DNA from: Chloroflexota bacterium
GTDB lineage: Bacteria; Chloroflexota; UBA11872; VXOZ01
Direction: 5' to 3'
Length of the DNA stretch: 64,000 nucleotides
Assembly: GCA_963662335.2 (NCBI GenBank)
Contig: CAXXVD010000004.1
Span: 160,001 to 224,000, forward strand
Shown: in pieces, positions 53,423 through 63,490 of the stretch
Layout of the letters: each line of letters starts with the position of its first letter
Position numbering within the stretch: position 1 is the first letter of the stretch
Made by a program: the position numbers and the translations under genes
The notes under the pieces: model-generated
Seen by the model: the letters and a program-made list of their open reading frames with translations, nothing else
The model's database searches: none
Told to the model about the DNA's origin: nothing

Positions 53423-53505
53423 TCCCAGGTCCCGGCGCAGCGTTGCGCAACACGCACGAATTGCCGGGTGCGAGGATTCACTTGCAAGTCTTGGGAGATA
53501 GTCCT

Positions 53506-53609
53506 TGTCATTCCGAACGCAGCGCAGCGGAGTGAGGAATCTAGAGTGTTGCGTCGAATGGGCCGGTTCCGGCTTGCGTCTTAGATTCCTCGCTGCGCTC
53601 GGAATGACA
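53506..53609. repeat. REP-like inverted repeat (family B)
   Basis: TGTCATTCCGAACGCAGCGCAGCGGAGTGAGGAATCT...AGATTCCTCGCTGCGCTCGGAATGACA. Confidence 0.8.
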
Positions 53610-53652
53610 GTTTGCCAACGAACTAATCAACGTATTGGGTGAATAGTCAGCT

Positions 53653-54759
53653 TCACCACGCCGAGAACTTCAAGCAAACCGGCGTCGGCACGTTGGCCAC
53701 GTGTCCGGTAGGCTCCAGCGTCCCGGCCTCGCCGTCGATGCGGAACGTGACAATCGAGTCGGTATCTTGATTTGCCGCCAGCAGGAACGCGCCGCTGGGA
53801 TCGATCACGAAGTTGCGCGGCACTTCGCCCTGGGTTGACTCGTGCCCCACCAGAGTCAGCGTGCCGTCCGCCTCGTTCACCGCGTAGATGACGATGCTGT
53901 CGTGCCCACGGTTGGAGCCGTACACGAACCGGCCCGATGGGTGCACATGCACGTCGGCGGTATGGCTGGTCTCGGAATAATCCGGCGGCAGCGTGGGAAT
54001 CGTCTGCAACTCTGACAGCGCGCCGCGCTCCTGGTCGTAGGCGAAGACCGTCACCGTATTGCCAATCTCGTTGATTACGTAGACCACCTGGCCGTTGGGA
54101 TGGAAGTCCAAGTGGCGCGGCCCCGCGCCGGGGTGGACGGCCGCAAAGGGCGGGTCGTTGGGCGGCAGCTTGCCGTTTTCCAGATCCAGCCGGTAGACGA
54201 GCACCTTGTCCAGCCCCAGATCGCACGCCAGCGCAAAGCGGTTTGCCGGGTCCGGCGTGAACGAGTGCCCGTGGGGTCCTTGCTGCCGGTCCGGGTTGAC
54301 GCTGGAGCCGACGTGCTGCACCCAGTCGGTCGCCGGGCCCACGCTGCCGTCCGCCTCAAGCGGCAATATCGCCACGCTGCCGGTGCCGTAGTTCGCGGCA
54401 ATGGCGTACCGGCCCGTCTGTTCCACGCTCACGTGGCAGGGGCCGCCGCCGTGTGACGACTGGCGGTTGATGAACGTCAGGCCGCCGGTGGCCGCATCCA
54501 CCGCGAATGCGCTCACCGCGCCGCCGTCGTGGCCGTCGATCTCCGGCACGGCGTTGACGGCGTAGAGAAATGGCCGTTGCGGGTGCAACGTCAGAAAGGA
54601 CGGATTCGGCACGTCCGCTACCGTGTGCACTAGCTCTACGGAGCCGGTGGCCGTATCCATCCGGCACACGTAGATGCCTTCCGCGCCGCCGCCAAGTTCG
54701 GTCTCACCCGTAAACGTGCCGACATAGATGAATCTCGAATCCGGGGATTGGATGCTCAT
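53653..54759 (-). CDS. 6-phosphogluconolactonase-like beta-propeller lactonase
   Basis: YVGTFT, NPSFL, ANYGTG, PHGH, DLGLD, GPRH, SNRGHDS, PRNF, ANQD. Confidence 0.92.
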   Translation of the reverse strand: MSIQSPDSRFIYVGTFTGETELGGGAEGIYVCRMDTATGSVELVHTVADVPNPSFLTLHPQRPFLYAVNAVPEIDGHDGGAVSAFAVDAATGGLTFINRQSSHGGGPCHVSVEQTGRYAIAANYGTGSVAILPLEADGSVGPATDWVQHVGSSVNPDRQQGPHGHSFTPDPANRFALACDLGLDKVLVYRLDLENGKLPPNDPPFAAVHPGAGPRHLDFHPNGQVVYVINEIGNTVTVFAYDQERGALSELQTIPTLPPDYSETSHTADVHVHPSGRFVYGSNRGHDSIVIYAVNEADGTLTLVGHESTQGEVPRNFVIDPSGAFLLAANQDTDSIVTFRIDGEAGTLEPTGHVANVPTPVCLKFSAW

Positions 54760-54945
54760 TGTCTACGCTCTACTCCTCTATGAATTTCACTGGCAGAACT
54801 TCCGCCTCTTCACGCGAACACATGTCCTCTCGCAAGGAATACGTCCCGCTGCGCGCCCTAGATTCCTCGCTGCGCTCGGAATGACGGACTGCGCTCGGAG
54901 TGTCGGTTACACACACAGCGCTGACGCTCGCTAATTGCTGAGCGG

Positions 54946-55857
54946 CTAGCCGCGCAGCAGCGCATGCAGCGCATCCTCCACCGTAGCATAGCGAAACGCG
55001 AAGCCCGCAGCCAGCAGTTGGCGCGGCAGGGCGCGTTGGCCGTGCAAGACGATGTCCGCCATTTCACCCATTGCCAGACGGAGCGCCCACGGCGGCACGC
55101 GCATGAACGCCGGCCGCCCCAGCGCGCGTCCAATCGCCTGACCGAACGCGGCAAACTGCACCGGATTGGGCGCGCAGACATTAACCGGCCCGGCAACTTC
55201 ATCATGCGTCAAGAGAAACTCGATCGCCCGCACGGTATCCTCCACGTGTATCCAGGGCACCCACTGCCGCCCGCTGCCCAGCGCGCCACCCAGGAAGAAG
55301 CGAAACGGCAGGGCCACGCGCGGCAGCACGCCGCCCGCGGCGCTCAGCACAAGGCCCAAACGCAGCAGCGCCCGCCGCGTCCCATCCGCCTCGACCGCCG
55401 CCGAGGCGTGTTCCCACTCCTGGGATACGTCGGCGAGAAAGTCGGTCCCCGGCGGCGACTGCTCGTCCGCTTCCCGGTCGCCGGTATCCCCGTAGTAGCC
55501 TACCGCCGAAGCCTGAATCAGCACCGCGGGCTTGCGCGCGGCGGCGCGAATGGCGGCTGTCACCGCGTTGGTGGATTGAATCCGGCTGTCGCGCAGCCGC
55601 CGTTTCTGCGCGTACGACCAGCGACGACCCGCGATGCTCTCGCCGGCGAGATTCACGATAGCGTCAGCGCTTTCCGCCTGTTCCTCCCACCCTTGGCTGC
55701 TGCTGCCGTCCCAGCCGGCAACCTCCACGCCGTCCGGCAAGCCGGAGACCCGGTAGGGCCGCCGGCTGAGGACGACGACCGCATGTCCCTGAGCGCAGAG
55801 ATACTGGGTGAGCGCGCGGCCGATCAACCCGCTGCCGCCGCCGATTATCACGCGCAT
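54946..55857 (-). CDS. TIGR01777 family NAD-dependent epimerase/oxidoreductase
   Basis: GGSGLIG, NLAGESIA..RW, SAVGYYG, GSGRQWVPWIH. Confidence 0.92.
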   Translation of the reverse strand: MRVIIGGGSGLIGRALTQYLCAQGHAVVVLSRRPYRVSGLPDGVEVAGWDGSSSQGWEEQAESADAIVNLAGESIAGRRWSYAQKRRLRDSRIQSTNAVTAAIRAAARKPAVLIQASAVGYYGDTGDREADEQSPPGTDFLADVSQEWEHASAAVEADGTRRALLRLGLVLSAAGGVLPRVALPFRFFLGGALGSGRQWVPWIHVEDTVRAIEFLLTHDEVAGPVNVCAPNPVQFAAFGQAIGRALGRPAFMRVPPWALRLAMGEMADIVLHGQRALPRQLLAAGFAFRYATVEDALHALLRG

Positions 55858-55988
55858 CGTAGCCTCCCTCCGTTGTGCCGCCGCCAGGCAGCCGTCATCG
55901 CGTCGATACCCGTTTCTTCCCGTCAATACTGGCATGGGAGCATCCGGCAAATTGAGCCGGACGGCCTGAATCTGGTATACTGGAAGTT

Positions 55989-56891
55989 GTGAATGAATCG
56001 CAACCACTGAGGCCGATCCAAGCCTTCATCAAAGCGGGCAATCTGCTCCACCGACGACTCTGGCTGCTTCTTCTGCCAATCGGGTTGGACATCGTCATTT
56101 GGTTTTCGCCCCGGGTGGCCCCGGGGACGGGACTCCTCGTCTTTACCGATGGCCTCTCGGCTGAAGAACAGGGCTTGCTCTCGTTCGTCCAGCAGTGGAA
56201 CATCCTCTCCGCCGTGCTCGGCCTCTGGGTGCCCTCTCTGGGCGTTGCGGTCACCGGCGACGGCTCGGGCACGATTGTCGAGGTGGAGTCGCTGGGCCAA
56301 CTCTCGCTCATCCTGGCCGTGCTCCTCGCGGTGAGCCTCGTGTATGGCAGCGCCTTTCTCGCGCTGAATGCCGCGGCCGTGCAGGAGACCGCGTTGACGT
56401 GGGACCTGTTCGCGCTGCGGGTGATGCGGCTGGCGCGCCGCCTGGCCGGGCTTGCCGCCATCATTGTAGCGTTGATCTTCGTTCCTCTCATCATAACCAG
56501 CGTCGCGTCGGCCCTCATTCCCCCGCTGGGGCTGCTCCTGTCATTCGTGTTGTTGGCCCTGTTGTTCTGGATTGGCTTTCACGCATTCTTCATTGTAAGC
56601 AGCGTCGCGTTGGCGCGTCAGGGCCTGCTGCGGGTAATCCGCCTCTCGCTCCGGCTCGTGCATGGCAATCTATGGTCGTTCGCCGCGTTCTTCCTCATCT
56701 ACTGGGTCATGATACTCCTGACGGGTCTACTTTGGAATGGCCTACTGGAACTGCAAATCCTCGGCATTGGTAGAATGCTCGCCATCGTCGGCAACGCCTA
56801 TATCGGGACGCGCATGACGCTAACGGCCTTCTTCTACATCTGGAGCCGCATTCTCATTTTCCGTGGGGAGTCTTCTCCCGCCCAAACGTGA
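55989..56891 (+). CDS. Hypothetical multi-pass membrane protein
   Basis: Six to seven hydrophobic segments; directly upstream of gyrB. Confidence 0.75.
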   Translation: MNESQPLRPIQAFIKAGNLLHRRLWLLLLPIGLDIVIWFSPRVAPGTGLLVFTDGLSAEEQGLLSFVQQWNILSAVLGLWVPSLGVAVTGDGSGTIVEVESLGQLSLILAVLLAVSLVYGSAFLALNAAAVQETALTWDLFALRVMRLARRLAGLAAIIVALIFVPLIITSVASALIPPLGLLLSFVLLALLFWIGFHAFFIVSSVALARQGLLRVIRLSLRLVHGNLWSFAAFFLIYWVMILLTGLLWNGLLELQILGIGRMLAIVGNAYIGTRMTLTAFFYIWSRILIFRGESSPAQT

Positions 56892-56918
56892 CGGACAGCT
56901 CTTCGCGAAGGGAGACCT

Positions 56919-58922
56919 ATGGCAAAAGACACTATCGCAGACCGCGGCAGCGCAGCGACACTGGCCACCGACGGCCCGCCTTTGCCTGAGGGCGCATCGG
57001 CCGCCATCCCCACAAACGACTATACCGCCGCCGACATCCAGGTGCTCGAGGGCTTGGAGCCGGTGCGCACCCGCCCGGGCATGTTCATCGGCAGCACCGA
57101 CGCGCGCGGGCTGCATCACCTTGTCTACGAGGTAGTGGACAACAGCGTTGACGAGGCGCTGGCCGGCCTCTGCGACCGCATTCGCGTCACAATCCACGCC
57201 GACAGCAGCGTCACGGTGGAGGACAACGGCCGCGGCATTCCGGTGGACGTGCACGAGAAGACCGGCGTCTCGGCTCTGGAGACAGTGCTCACCCGGCTGC
57301 ACGCCGGCGGCAAGTTCGGCGGCAAGAGCTACAAGGTCTCCGGCGGCCTCCACGGCGTCGGCGTCTCTATCGTCAACGCCCTTTCCCAGTGGCTGACGGC
57401 GACGGTCTACCAGGCCCCCAGCGAGTACCAACAGGAGTACCGCAACGGCGCGCCCGTGGGCCAGGTCGAGCGCGTCGGCAATACCGAGCGCAACGGCACC
57501 ACCATCCGGTTTCTGCCCGATAGCGCGATCATGGAAACTCTGGACTACGACTTCAACACCCTGGCGCAGCGTTTCCGTGAAGTGGCGTATCTTTGCCCGG
57601 CGCTGCGCATCGAGTTCCGCGACGAGCGCGCGGGGCGCGAGTTGACGTTCTACTTCGAGAGCGGCATCCGCGCCTTCGTCCACCAGATGAACCGCCGCAA
57701 GACCGTCATCAATAGCGAGGAGATCTTCTTTTCCGGCGCCGGAGAAGCTGCCAACGGCGCGGAATCACTGCAACTTGAAGCGGCGCTGCAATATACCCAG
57801 AGCTTCGACGAACGGATCTACGCTTTCGCCAATACCATCAACAACGTTGACGGCGGCACGCACCTCACCGGTTTTCGCTCAGCCCTGACGCGCACGCTCA
57901 ACGACTACGCGCGCAAGCAGAACCTCATCAAGGAGAAAGACCTCTCACTCACGGGCGACGACGTGCGCACCGGCTTGACTGCGGTGATCAGCGTACGGCT
58001 CATGAATCCCCAGTTCGAAGGCCAGACCAAGGCCAAATTGGGCAATTCCGAAGTGCGGGGCTTCGTCGAATCGACGGTCAACGAAAAGCTGGGCCAGTAC
58101 CTGGAAGAGCATCCGAGTGAAGCCAAGTCGATAATCGAGAAATGCCTGAATACCGCCCGCGCCCGCGTGGCCGCCCAAAAGGCGCGCGACATGGTGACGC
58201 GCAAGGGCTACCTGGACGTCTCAACGCTGCCCGGCAAACTGGCCGACTGCTCCGAGCGGAGCATGGAGAACGCCGAGATTTTCATCGTGGAGGGCGATTC
58301 TGCCGGCGGCAACGCCAAGCAGGGACGCGAGCGGCGCTTCCAGGCGATTCTGCCGCTGCGGGGCAAGATCCTCAATGCCGAGCGCACCAACCTGGACCGC
58401 ATGCTCTCCAATGCGGAGATCCGCGCCTTGGTGACGGCGCTGGGCACGAGCATCGGCGAGACCTTCGACATCGCCAAGTTGCGTTACGGCAAGATCATCA
58501 TCATGACCGACGCCGACGTGGACGGCGCGCACATCCGCACGCTGCTGCTCACCTTCTTCTTCCGCTACATGCGCGACATCATCACCAACCGGCGCCTCTA
58601 CATCGCCCAAGCGCCGCTCTACCGCGTGGCCCGCAACCGGGACGTCCACTACGCCTGGGACGACGCGGAGCGCGACCGCATTCTCAAGCAGTTCAACCGG
58701 ACGAACGTCGCCATCCAGCGCTACAAGGGTCTCGGTGAAATGAACGCCGATCAGCTTTGGGAGACGACCATGGATCCGGCGCGCCGCAAGCTCCTCCACG
58801 TCATGCTGGAAGACGAGGCGGCCGTGAGTGGGGTGTTCGACCGCCTCATGGGGGATGACCCGCAGGCGCGCAAACGCTTCATCCAAGCCCATGCCAAGGA
58901 AGTACAACATCTCGACGTATGA
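56919..58922 (+). CDS. gyrB: Type IIA topoisomerase subunit B (GyrB; ParE not excluded)
   Basis: EVVDNSVDE, DNGRGIP, GGLHGVG, EGDSAGG, PLRGK, MTDADVDG, RYKGLGEM. Confidence 0.9.
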   Translation: MAKDTIADRGSAATLATDGPPLPEGASAAIPTNDYTAADIQVLEGLEPVRTRPGMFIGSTDARGLHHLVYEVVDNSVDEALAGLCDRIRVTIHADSSVTVEDNGRGIPVDVHEKTGVSALETVLTRLHAGGKFGGKSYKVSGGLHGVGVSIVNALSQWLTATVYQAPSEYQQEYRNGAPVGQVERVGNTERNGTTIRFLPDSAIMETLDYDFNTLAQRFREVAYLCPALRIEFRDERAGRELTFYFESGIRAFVHQMNRRKTVINSEEIFFSGAGEAANGAESLQLEAALQYTQSFDERIYAFANTINNVDGGTHLTGFRSALTRTLNDYARKQNLIKEKDLSLTGDDVRTGLTAVISVRLMNPQFEGQTKAKLGNSEVRGFVESTVNEKLGQYLEEHPSEAKSIIEKCLNTARARVAAQKARDMVTRKGYLDVSTLPGKLADCSERSMENAEIFIVEGDSAGGNAKQGRERRFQAILPLRGKILNAERTNLDRMLSNAEIRALVTALGTSIGETFDIAKLRYGKIIIMTDADVDGAHIRTLLLTFFFRYMRDIITNRRLYIAQAPLYRVARNRDVHYAWDDAERDRILKQFNRTNVAIQRYKGLGEMNADQLWETTMDPARRKLLHVMLEDEAAVSGVFDRLMGDDPQARKRFIQAHAKEVQHLDV

Positions 58923-59066
58923 GCGTTCATGCCGTATACTGAGTCACATGGGGCGACTTAGCGGCGCCCGGTGGTGACCGAAAAGGTCACGGCGCGCTGC
59001 TGAGAGCTTGACACACGACCGCAAGGATTCAAAGATGCATCCTTAAGGCAATGGAGCCGCGTCGCC

Positions 59067-60380
59067 ATGAACATTTGCCCTGACAACACGCAGTTCGTCG
59101 TGCTCAGTTTCGAAGGGCCCGACCGCTACGCGCAAGCCGGCGGCCTGGGAACGCGCGTTACGGAACTCTCGCGCGCCCTCGCGCAGGCCGGCTTTGCCAC
59201 CCACCTGATCTTCGTCGGCGATCCCAATCTGCCCGGCGTGGAGTCGCGGGAAGACGGCAACCTCCGCCTCTACCGCTGGTGCCAATGGATTAGCCAAGCG
59301 CATCCCAGCGGCGCGTACGAGGCCGAATGGGAAAAGCTGGCGGACTATGGCAACAGCGTTCCCTGGTTCGTTACGGACCGCATCGTGCGCCCGGCCGCCG
59401 ACCAAGGCAAGCTCACCGTCATCATGGCGGAAGAGTGGCACACGGCCGACACCCTGGCGCGGCTGAGCGACTCCCTCCACTTCAACGGCCTGCGCCAACA
59501 AGCCGTGCTGCTGTGGAACGCGAATAACGAGTTTGGCTTCGGCCACGTCGACCTGCCGCGCCTCGGCTTCGTTGCCACCACTACCACCGTGAGCCGGTTC
59601 ATGAAGCACCGCCTCTGGGACTGGGGCCTCAACCCGCTGGTGCTGCCCAACGGCATTCCCCGCCGTTTGCTGGATAAGGTGCCGCAGCGGCCGGTCACAA
59701 AGCTGCGCAAGGGCCTGGACGCCGACTTTCTGCTGCTCAAGATGGGCCGGTTCGATCCGGACAAGCGCTGGTTCCAAGCCATAGAGGCGGCGGCGCACCT
59801 GAAGCACGCCGGCCACCGGGTGCGCCTCATCGCCCGCGGCGGACTTGAAGACCACGGCGGTGAGGTGCTGCACCGGGCGGCAGAGGTGGGCCTGGTGGTG
59901 CGCGACGTGCACAGCGACAACTCGCAACTTGATGAAGCCCTCGACGCCATGCTCGCCGCCAGCGACGCGGACGTGCTGAACCTCCGCGATTTCGTGCCGG
60001 AGGCTTTGCAGCGGGTCTTCTACTCGGCCACCGACGCGGTATTGGCCAACAGCGGCTACGAACCGTTCGGCCTGGTGGGGCTCGAGGCCATGGCCTGCGG
60101 CGCGGTGGTGGTGACGGGCACTACCGGCGAAGACTACGCGGTGCAACTGCACAACGCCCTCTCCGTCGAGACCGACGACCCCGCGGAACTTGCCAGCTAT
60201 CTGCGCCTCGTGCACGCTCAGCCCGACGTGATGCGGCAGATGCAGCGCCACGCGCGGCAGACGGCGGCGCTCTTTACCTGGGAATCAGCCATTCGCGATC
60301 TGGTGGGCAAGGTCGAATACTTGGCCGCCAAGCAGGGCCTCAGCTTCCCCAGCGCAAATGGGCTTCCCGTCCTGAACTAA
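59067..60380 (+). CDS. Glycosyltransferase family 4
   Basis: AGGLG, PNGIP, GRFDPDK, YEPFGLVGLEAMACG. Confidence 0.88.
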   Translation: MNICPDNTQFVVLSFEGPDRYAQAGGLGTRVTELSRALAQAGFATHLIFVGDPNLPGVESREDGNLRLYRWCQWISQAHPSGAYEAEWEKLADYGNSVPWFVTDRIVRPAADQGKLTVIMAEEWHTADTLARLSDSLHFNGLRQQAVLLWNANNEFGFGHVDLPRLGFVATTTTVSRFMKHRLWDWGLNPLVLPNGIPRRLLDKVPQRPVTKLRKGLDADFLLLKMGRFDPDKRWFQAIEAAAHLKHAGHRVRLIARGGLEDHGGEVLHRAAEVGLVVRDVHSDNSQLDEALDAMLAASDADVLNLRDFVPEALQRVFYSATDAVLANSGYEPFGLVGLEAMACGAVVVTGTTGEDYAVQLHNALSVETDDPAELASYLRLVHAQPDVMRQMQRHARQTAALFTWESAIRDLVGKVEYLAAKQGLSFPSANGLPVLN

Positions 60381-60390
60381 GGCGGCGCAG

Positions 60391-61596
60391 ATGGCCGACA
60401 ATCTTGTGATCTACGTCATTGCGCACCAACCCCGGCGGGTGCGCCTGCCGGCCAAGGTTATCCCGGCCGGCGCGGCGCCGGCAGAGATGGCGCCGCTGCT
60501 CTTCGACGAGCAGATGAACGAGCGGTACTTCCGCAAGGTGGCGCGCTACTGCTACACGCCGGCCACGGCGCTGTGGCTGCGGCTGCTGGACGCCGGCGTC
60601 AAGCTCTGCTTTGGCATCTCGCTCTCCTTGGTGGAGCAGGCGCGGCGGTGGGATCCAACCGTGCTCGAGGGCTTCCAACGCATCGTCGCCCATCCCAACA
60701 CGGAACTGATCGGCGTCGAGCCGTATCACTCCTTCCTCATGCTCATCGATCTGCCCGCTTTCACGGCGCGGATGCGCTCCATGTCCGACACCATGACCCA
60801 GCTATTCGGCAAACGGCCCCAGGTGACCGACACCACCGAGATGCTCATCTCTGAGACCATCGCCGGCGCATTGGAGACCGCCGGCTTTCGCGGCGCGCTG
60901 ATGGACGGCCGGGAATGGATACTGGACTGGCGGCAGCCGACGCATCTCTACTATCACCACCCCGGCGTCAAGCTGCTGGCGCGGCACTACGAACTCAGCG
61001 ATGACGTGGGCTACCGCTTTTCCCAACGTCAGTGGGCCGGCTGGCCCCTGATGGCGGACGACTACGCCCACTGGGTGCGGAGCGCCCACGGGCCATTTGT
61101 CATGGTCGGCTGGGACTTCGAGACCTTTGGCGAGCACCAGTACTACGATAGCGGCGTCTTCGAGTTCATGGAGGCGCTGCCGCGCTACCTGAAGCGCGAA
61201 GGCGTCACGCCGGCCACGGCCACGGATGTGATCGACGCCTACGGCGGCCAAGCCTACCACCTCGCGCTGCCGCCGTTTCCCAGCACGTGGGCGGGTTCCG
61301 GCGGCTCCGAGTTCTTTCTGGGCAATGATCCGCAGCGCGCCCTCTTCCAACTCATGACCGCGTGTTACAACAAGGCAAAGCTAACCGGCAACGACGAGTT
61401 GCTAGACCTGGCCCTCTGGCTGACCCAGTCGGACAACCTGCACCTGATCAACTGGTGGGGGCGTTGGGGCTCGGAAGCGGAAGTGTCGGTCTACTTCATG
61501 CCCGACGAATGGTGGCGCCTGGGCGTGGACGGCATCATCTGGGAGCAGCAGTGCGTCTACAAGAACTTCCTGAAGGCGCTGGACTACTACTTGTAA
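60391..61596 (+). CDS. Glycoside hydrolase family 57 (alpha-amylase-like)
   Basis: HQP, YHS, TE nucleophile region, LSDDVGYRFS, DFETFGEH, STWA. Confidence 0.88.
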   Translation: MADNLVIYVIAHQPRRVRLPAKVIPAGAAPAEMAPLLFDEQMNERYFRKVARYCYTPATALWLRLLDAGVKLCFGISLSLVEQARRWDPTVLEGFQRIVAHPNTELIGVEPYHSFLMLIDLPAFTARMRSMSDTMTQLFGKRPQVTDTTEMLISETIAGALETAGFRGALMDGREWILDWRQPTHLYYHHPGVKLLARHYELSDDVGYRFSQRQWAGWPLMADDYAHWVRSAHGPFVMVGWDFETFGEHQYYDSGVFEFMEALPRYLKREGVTPATATDVIDAYGGQAYHLALPPFPSTWAGSGGSEFFLGNDPQRALFQLMTACYNKAKLTGNDELLDLALWLTQSDNLHLINWWGRWGSEAEVSVYFMPDEWWRLGVDGIIWEQQCVYKNFLKALDYYL

Positions 61597-61660
61597 AGGC
61601 CTCTTTGTAGATGCCTTTGCGGACCTTCCGTCACTGCCAAGAAAGTAGCGCGTCAGCCTC

Positions 61661-61732
61661 CGTCATTCCCGCGCACGCGGGAATCCATCTTCGCCGCGCA
61701 GCCAGTGGATTCCCGCGCACGCGGGAATGACG
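61661..61732. repeat. Family A palindromic core, copy 3 (half copy also at ~40376-40394)
   Basis: CGTCATTCCCGCGCACGCGGGAATCC...GGATTCCCGCGCACGCGGGAATGACG. Confidence 0.85.
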
Positions 61733-61782
61733 AAAACCTCACGCCACTATCAATGTGATGACGATCCGGCGGTCGCCGGCGG

Positions 61783-63243
61783 TCACAGGCTCATGCGTTC
61801 GTCCGCCCGCGCCTTCCACTTGGCGTAGTTGGGCGAGCGCAGCAATGCGCCGTCCGGTTGCGGAACCAGTTGGCCGTTCTGCCCGCGCGGATCGCCTCGC
61901 TCCTCATTCACGCGGGCCAAGAGCGCGCGCGCCTCTTCTATGCGGCCGCGCGCCGCGGCGTTGCCGGCCAGATTGCGGCACTCCTGCGGGTCTTCCACCA
62001 GGTCGAAGAACCGTTCCTTGCCGGTGTGGTGGAACCAGGTGTACTTCTCCCGCTTGGTTGCGATGAACTGCATGCCGAATTCCCGGCCGTGCAGGTTCGT
62101 CTGTTCGCCTTGCAGGTAGTCGCGCCAGCCGGCCGTTTCACCCCGCGCCAACGGCAGCAGGCTCTTGCCGTCAACGCAATCCGGTATTTCCACCCGCGCC
62201 GCGTCCAGCACCGTCGGCATGAGGTCGCGCACCTCGATGATCTCGTCGCAGACCCCGCCGCGCTCTTCATCCCACGTGTCCGGGTACTTGATGAAGAAGG
62301 GAATGCGCGCGGAGCCGTCGTTGGAGTAGCCCTTGCGCCACAGGCAGTGGTCGCCGAGCATGTCGCCGTGGTCGGAGGTAAAGATGAACAACGTATTTCG
62401 GATCGCCTCGCGCTGCCGCCAACCGTACTCATAGAGGAACCGGCCCACCTGGTGGTCGATGAACGAGATGCTGCCGTAGTAGGCTGCCCGCGTGCGGCGC
62501 ACCTGCGCCGCCGTTGCCCGCCCTCGCCAGGTCGTCGTGCTCGTGATCGGCTCATCGAACTCCGCCGCCCAATCGCCCATGGGCGGCATGGGGATGTCCG
62601 GGTTGTCCTTGTACATGTCGAAATAGACCGGCGGCGGGTCGTACGGCGCGTGCGGGCGCGTGAACGAGAGCCACAGAAAGAAAGGACACGTGGGGTCGCG
62701 CCGCTCGACGAACTTGACTGCCTCGCTCGCGGTCCAATGGGTAGCGTGCAGGTGCTCCGGCAGGTGGCTGGGACGCGCCATCCAGCTATTCCACTCCAAG
62801 CCGTGGTCCAGGTCGCCGAACTTGCCGGCGGTCTGTTCTCGCAGCCAGGACATGTAATCGGTCCAAAGACCCCGGCCGGTGCTGTCCTGCACGGCTTCGT
62901 AGTACCCGTACAACGCCCGTCGCGGGAACTGGTCGGACTTGCCGATGCTGACAGTGTGGTACCCGGCCTTCATCAACTCACCCGCCAAGGTGGCGGGAAA
63001 GTCCAGCGCGTCGTAGCCCGCGCCGCCGCCCAAGCGACCGTGGCTCCACTGGTCCATGCCCGTCATCATGGCGGCCCGCGACGGCAGGCAGGACGGCGAA
63101 GCGGTATAGCACCGCGTGAACTTGACGCCCCGCGACGCCAGGTCGTCGAGATACGGGGTCTCAAGCACCGGATTCGCGTAGCCGATGCAGTCTGAACGCT
63201 GCTGATCGGTGACGATAACGACGATGTTTGGGCGTTTTGGCAT
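61783..63243 (-). CDS. Sulfatase (arylsulfatase/choline-sulfatase-like, Cys type)
   Basis: RPNIVVIVTDQ, CLPSRA (CxPxR), PHAPYD, SDHGD..G.H...K; start at MPKRPN. Confidence 0.93.
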   Translation of the reverse strand: MPKRPNIVVIVTDQQRSDCIGYANPVLETPYLDDLASRGVKFTRCYTASPSCLPSRAAMMTGMDQWSHGRLGGGAGYDALDFPATLAGELMKAGYHTVSIGKSDQFPRRALYGYYEAVQDSTGRGLWTDYMSWLREQTAGKFGDLDHGLEWNSWMARPSHLPEHLHATHWTASEAVKFVERRDPTCPFFLWLSFTRPHAPYDPPPVYFDMYKDNPDIPMPPMGDWAAEFDEPITSTTTWRGRATAAQVRRTRAAYYGSISFIDHQVGRFLYEYGWRQREAIRNTLFIFTSDHGDMLGDHCLWRKGYSNDGSARIPFFIKYPDTWDEERGGVCDEIIEVRDLMPTVLDAARVEIPDCVDGKSLLPLARGETAGWRDYLQGEQTNLHGREFGMQFIATKREKYTWFHHTGKERFFDLVEDPQECRNLAGNAAARGRIEEARALLARVNEERGDPRGQNGQLVPQPDGALLRSPNYAKWKARADERMSL

Positions 63244-63340
63244 TAAGTTCGCTCCTAGGCTACTTCGTCTTTCCCGGTTACTACTATAACGAAGTGCGCT
63301 GCTACCAGCCCGACGTGGCGTTCGCCTACGGTATAGAGAA

Positions 63341-63444
63341 GCGGGGGACAAGCCCCCGCGCGACACTGCTCTTATCGCCAAGAGGCAAGTTACGAGCCCC
63401 GCCCCCGTCCGTTCGTCCTGAGCCTGTCGAAGGATGAACGGACG
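63341..63444. repeat. REP-like palindromes
   Basis: Inverted family C copy at 63341 and CGTCCGTTCGTCCTGAGCCTGTCGAAGGATGAACGGACG hairpin. Confidence 0.65.
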
Positions 63445-63490
63445 AGGGCGGGCGGCGTCTCTTCTCTTGACAGTGCGAAATGCCGCCGCA

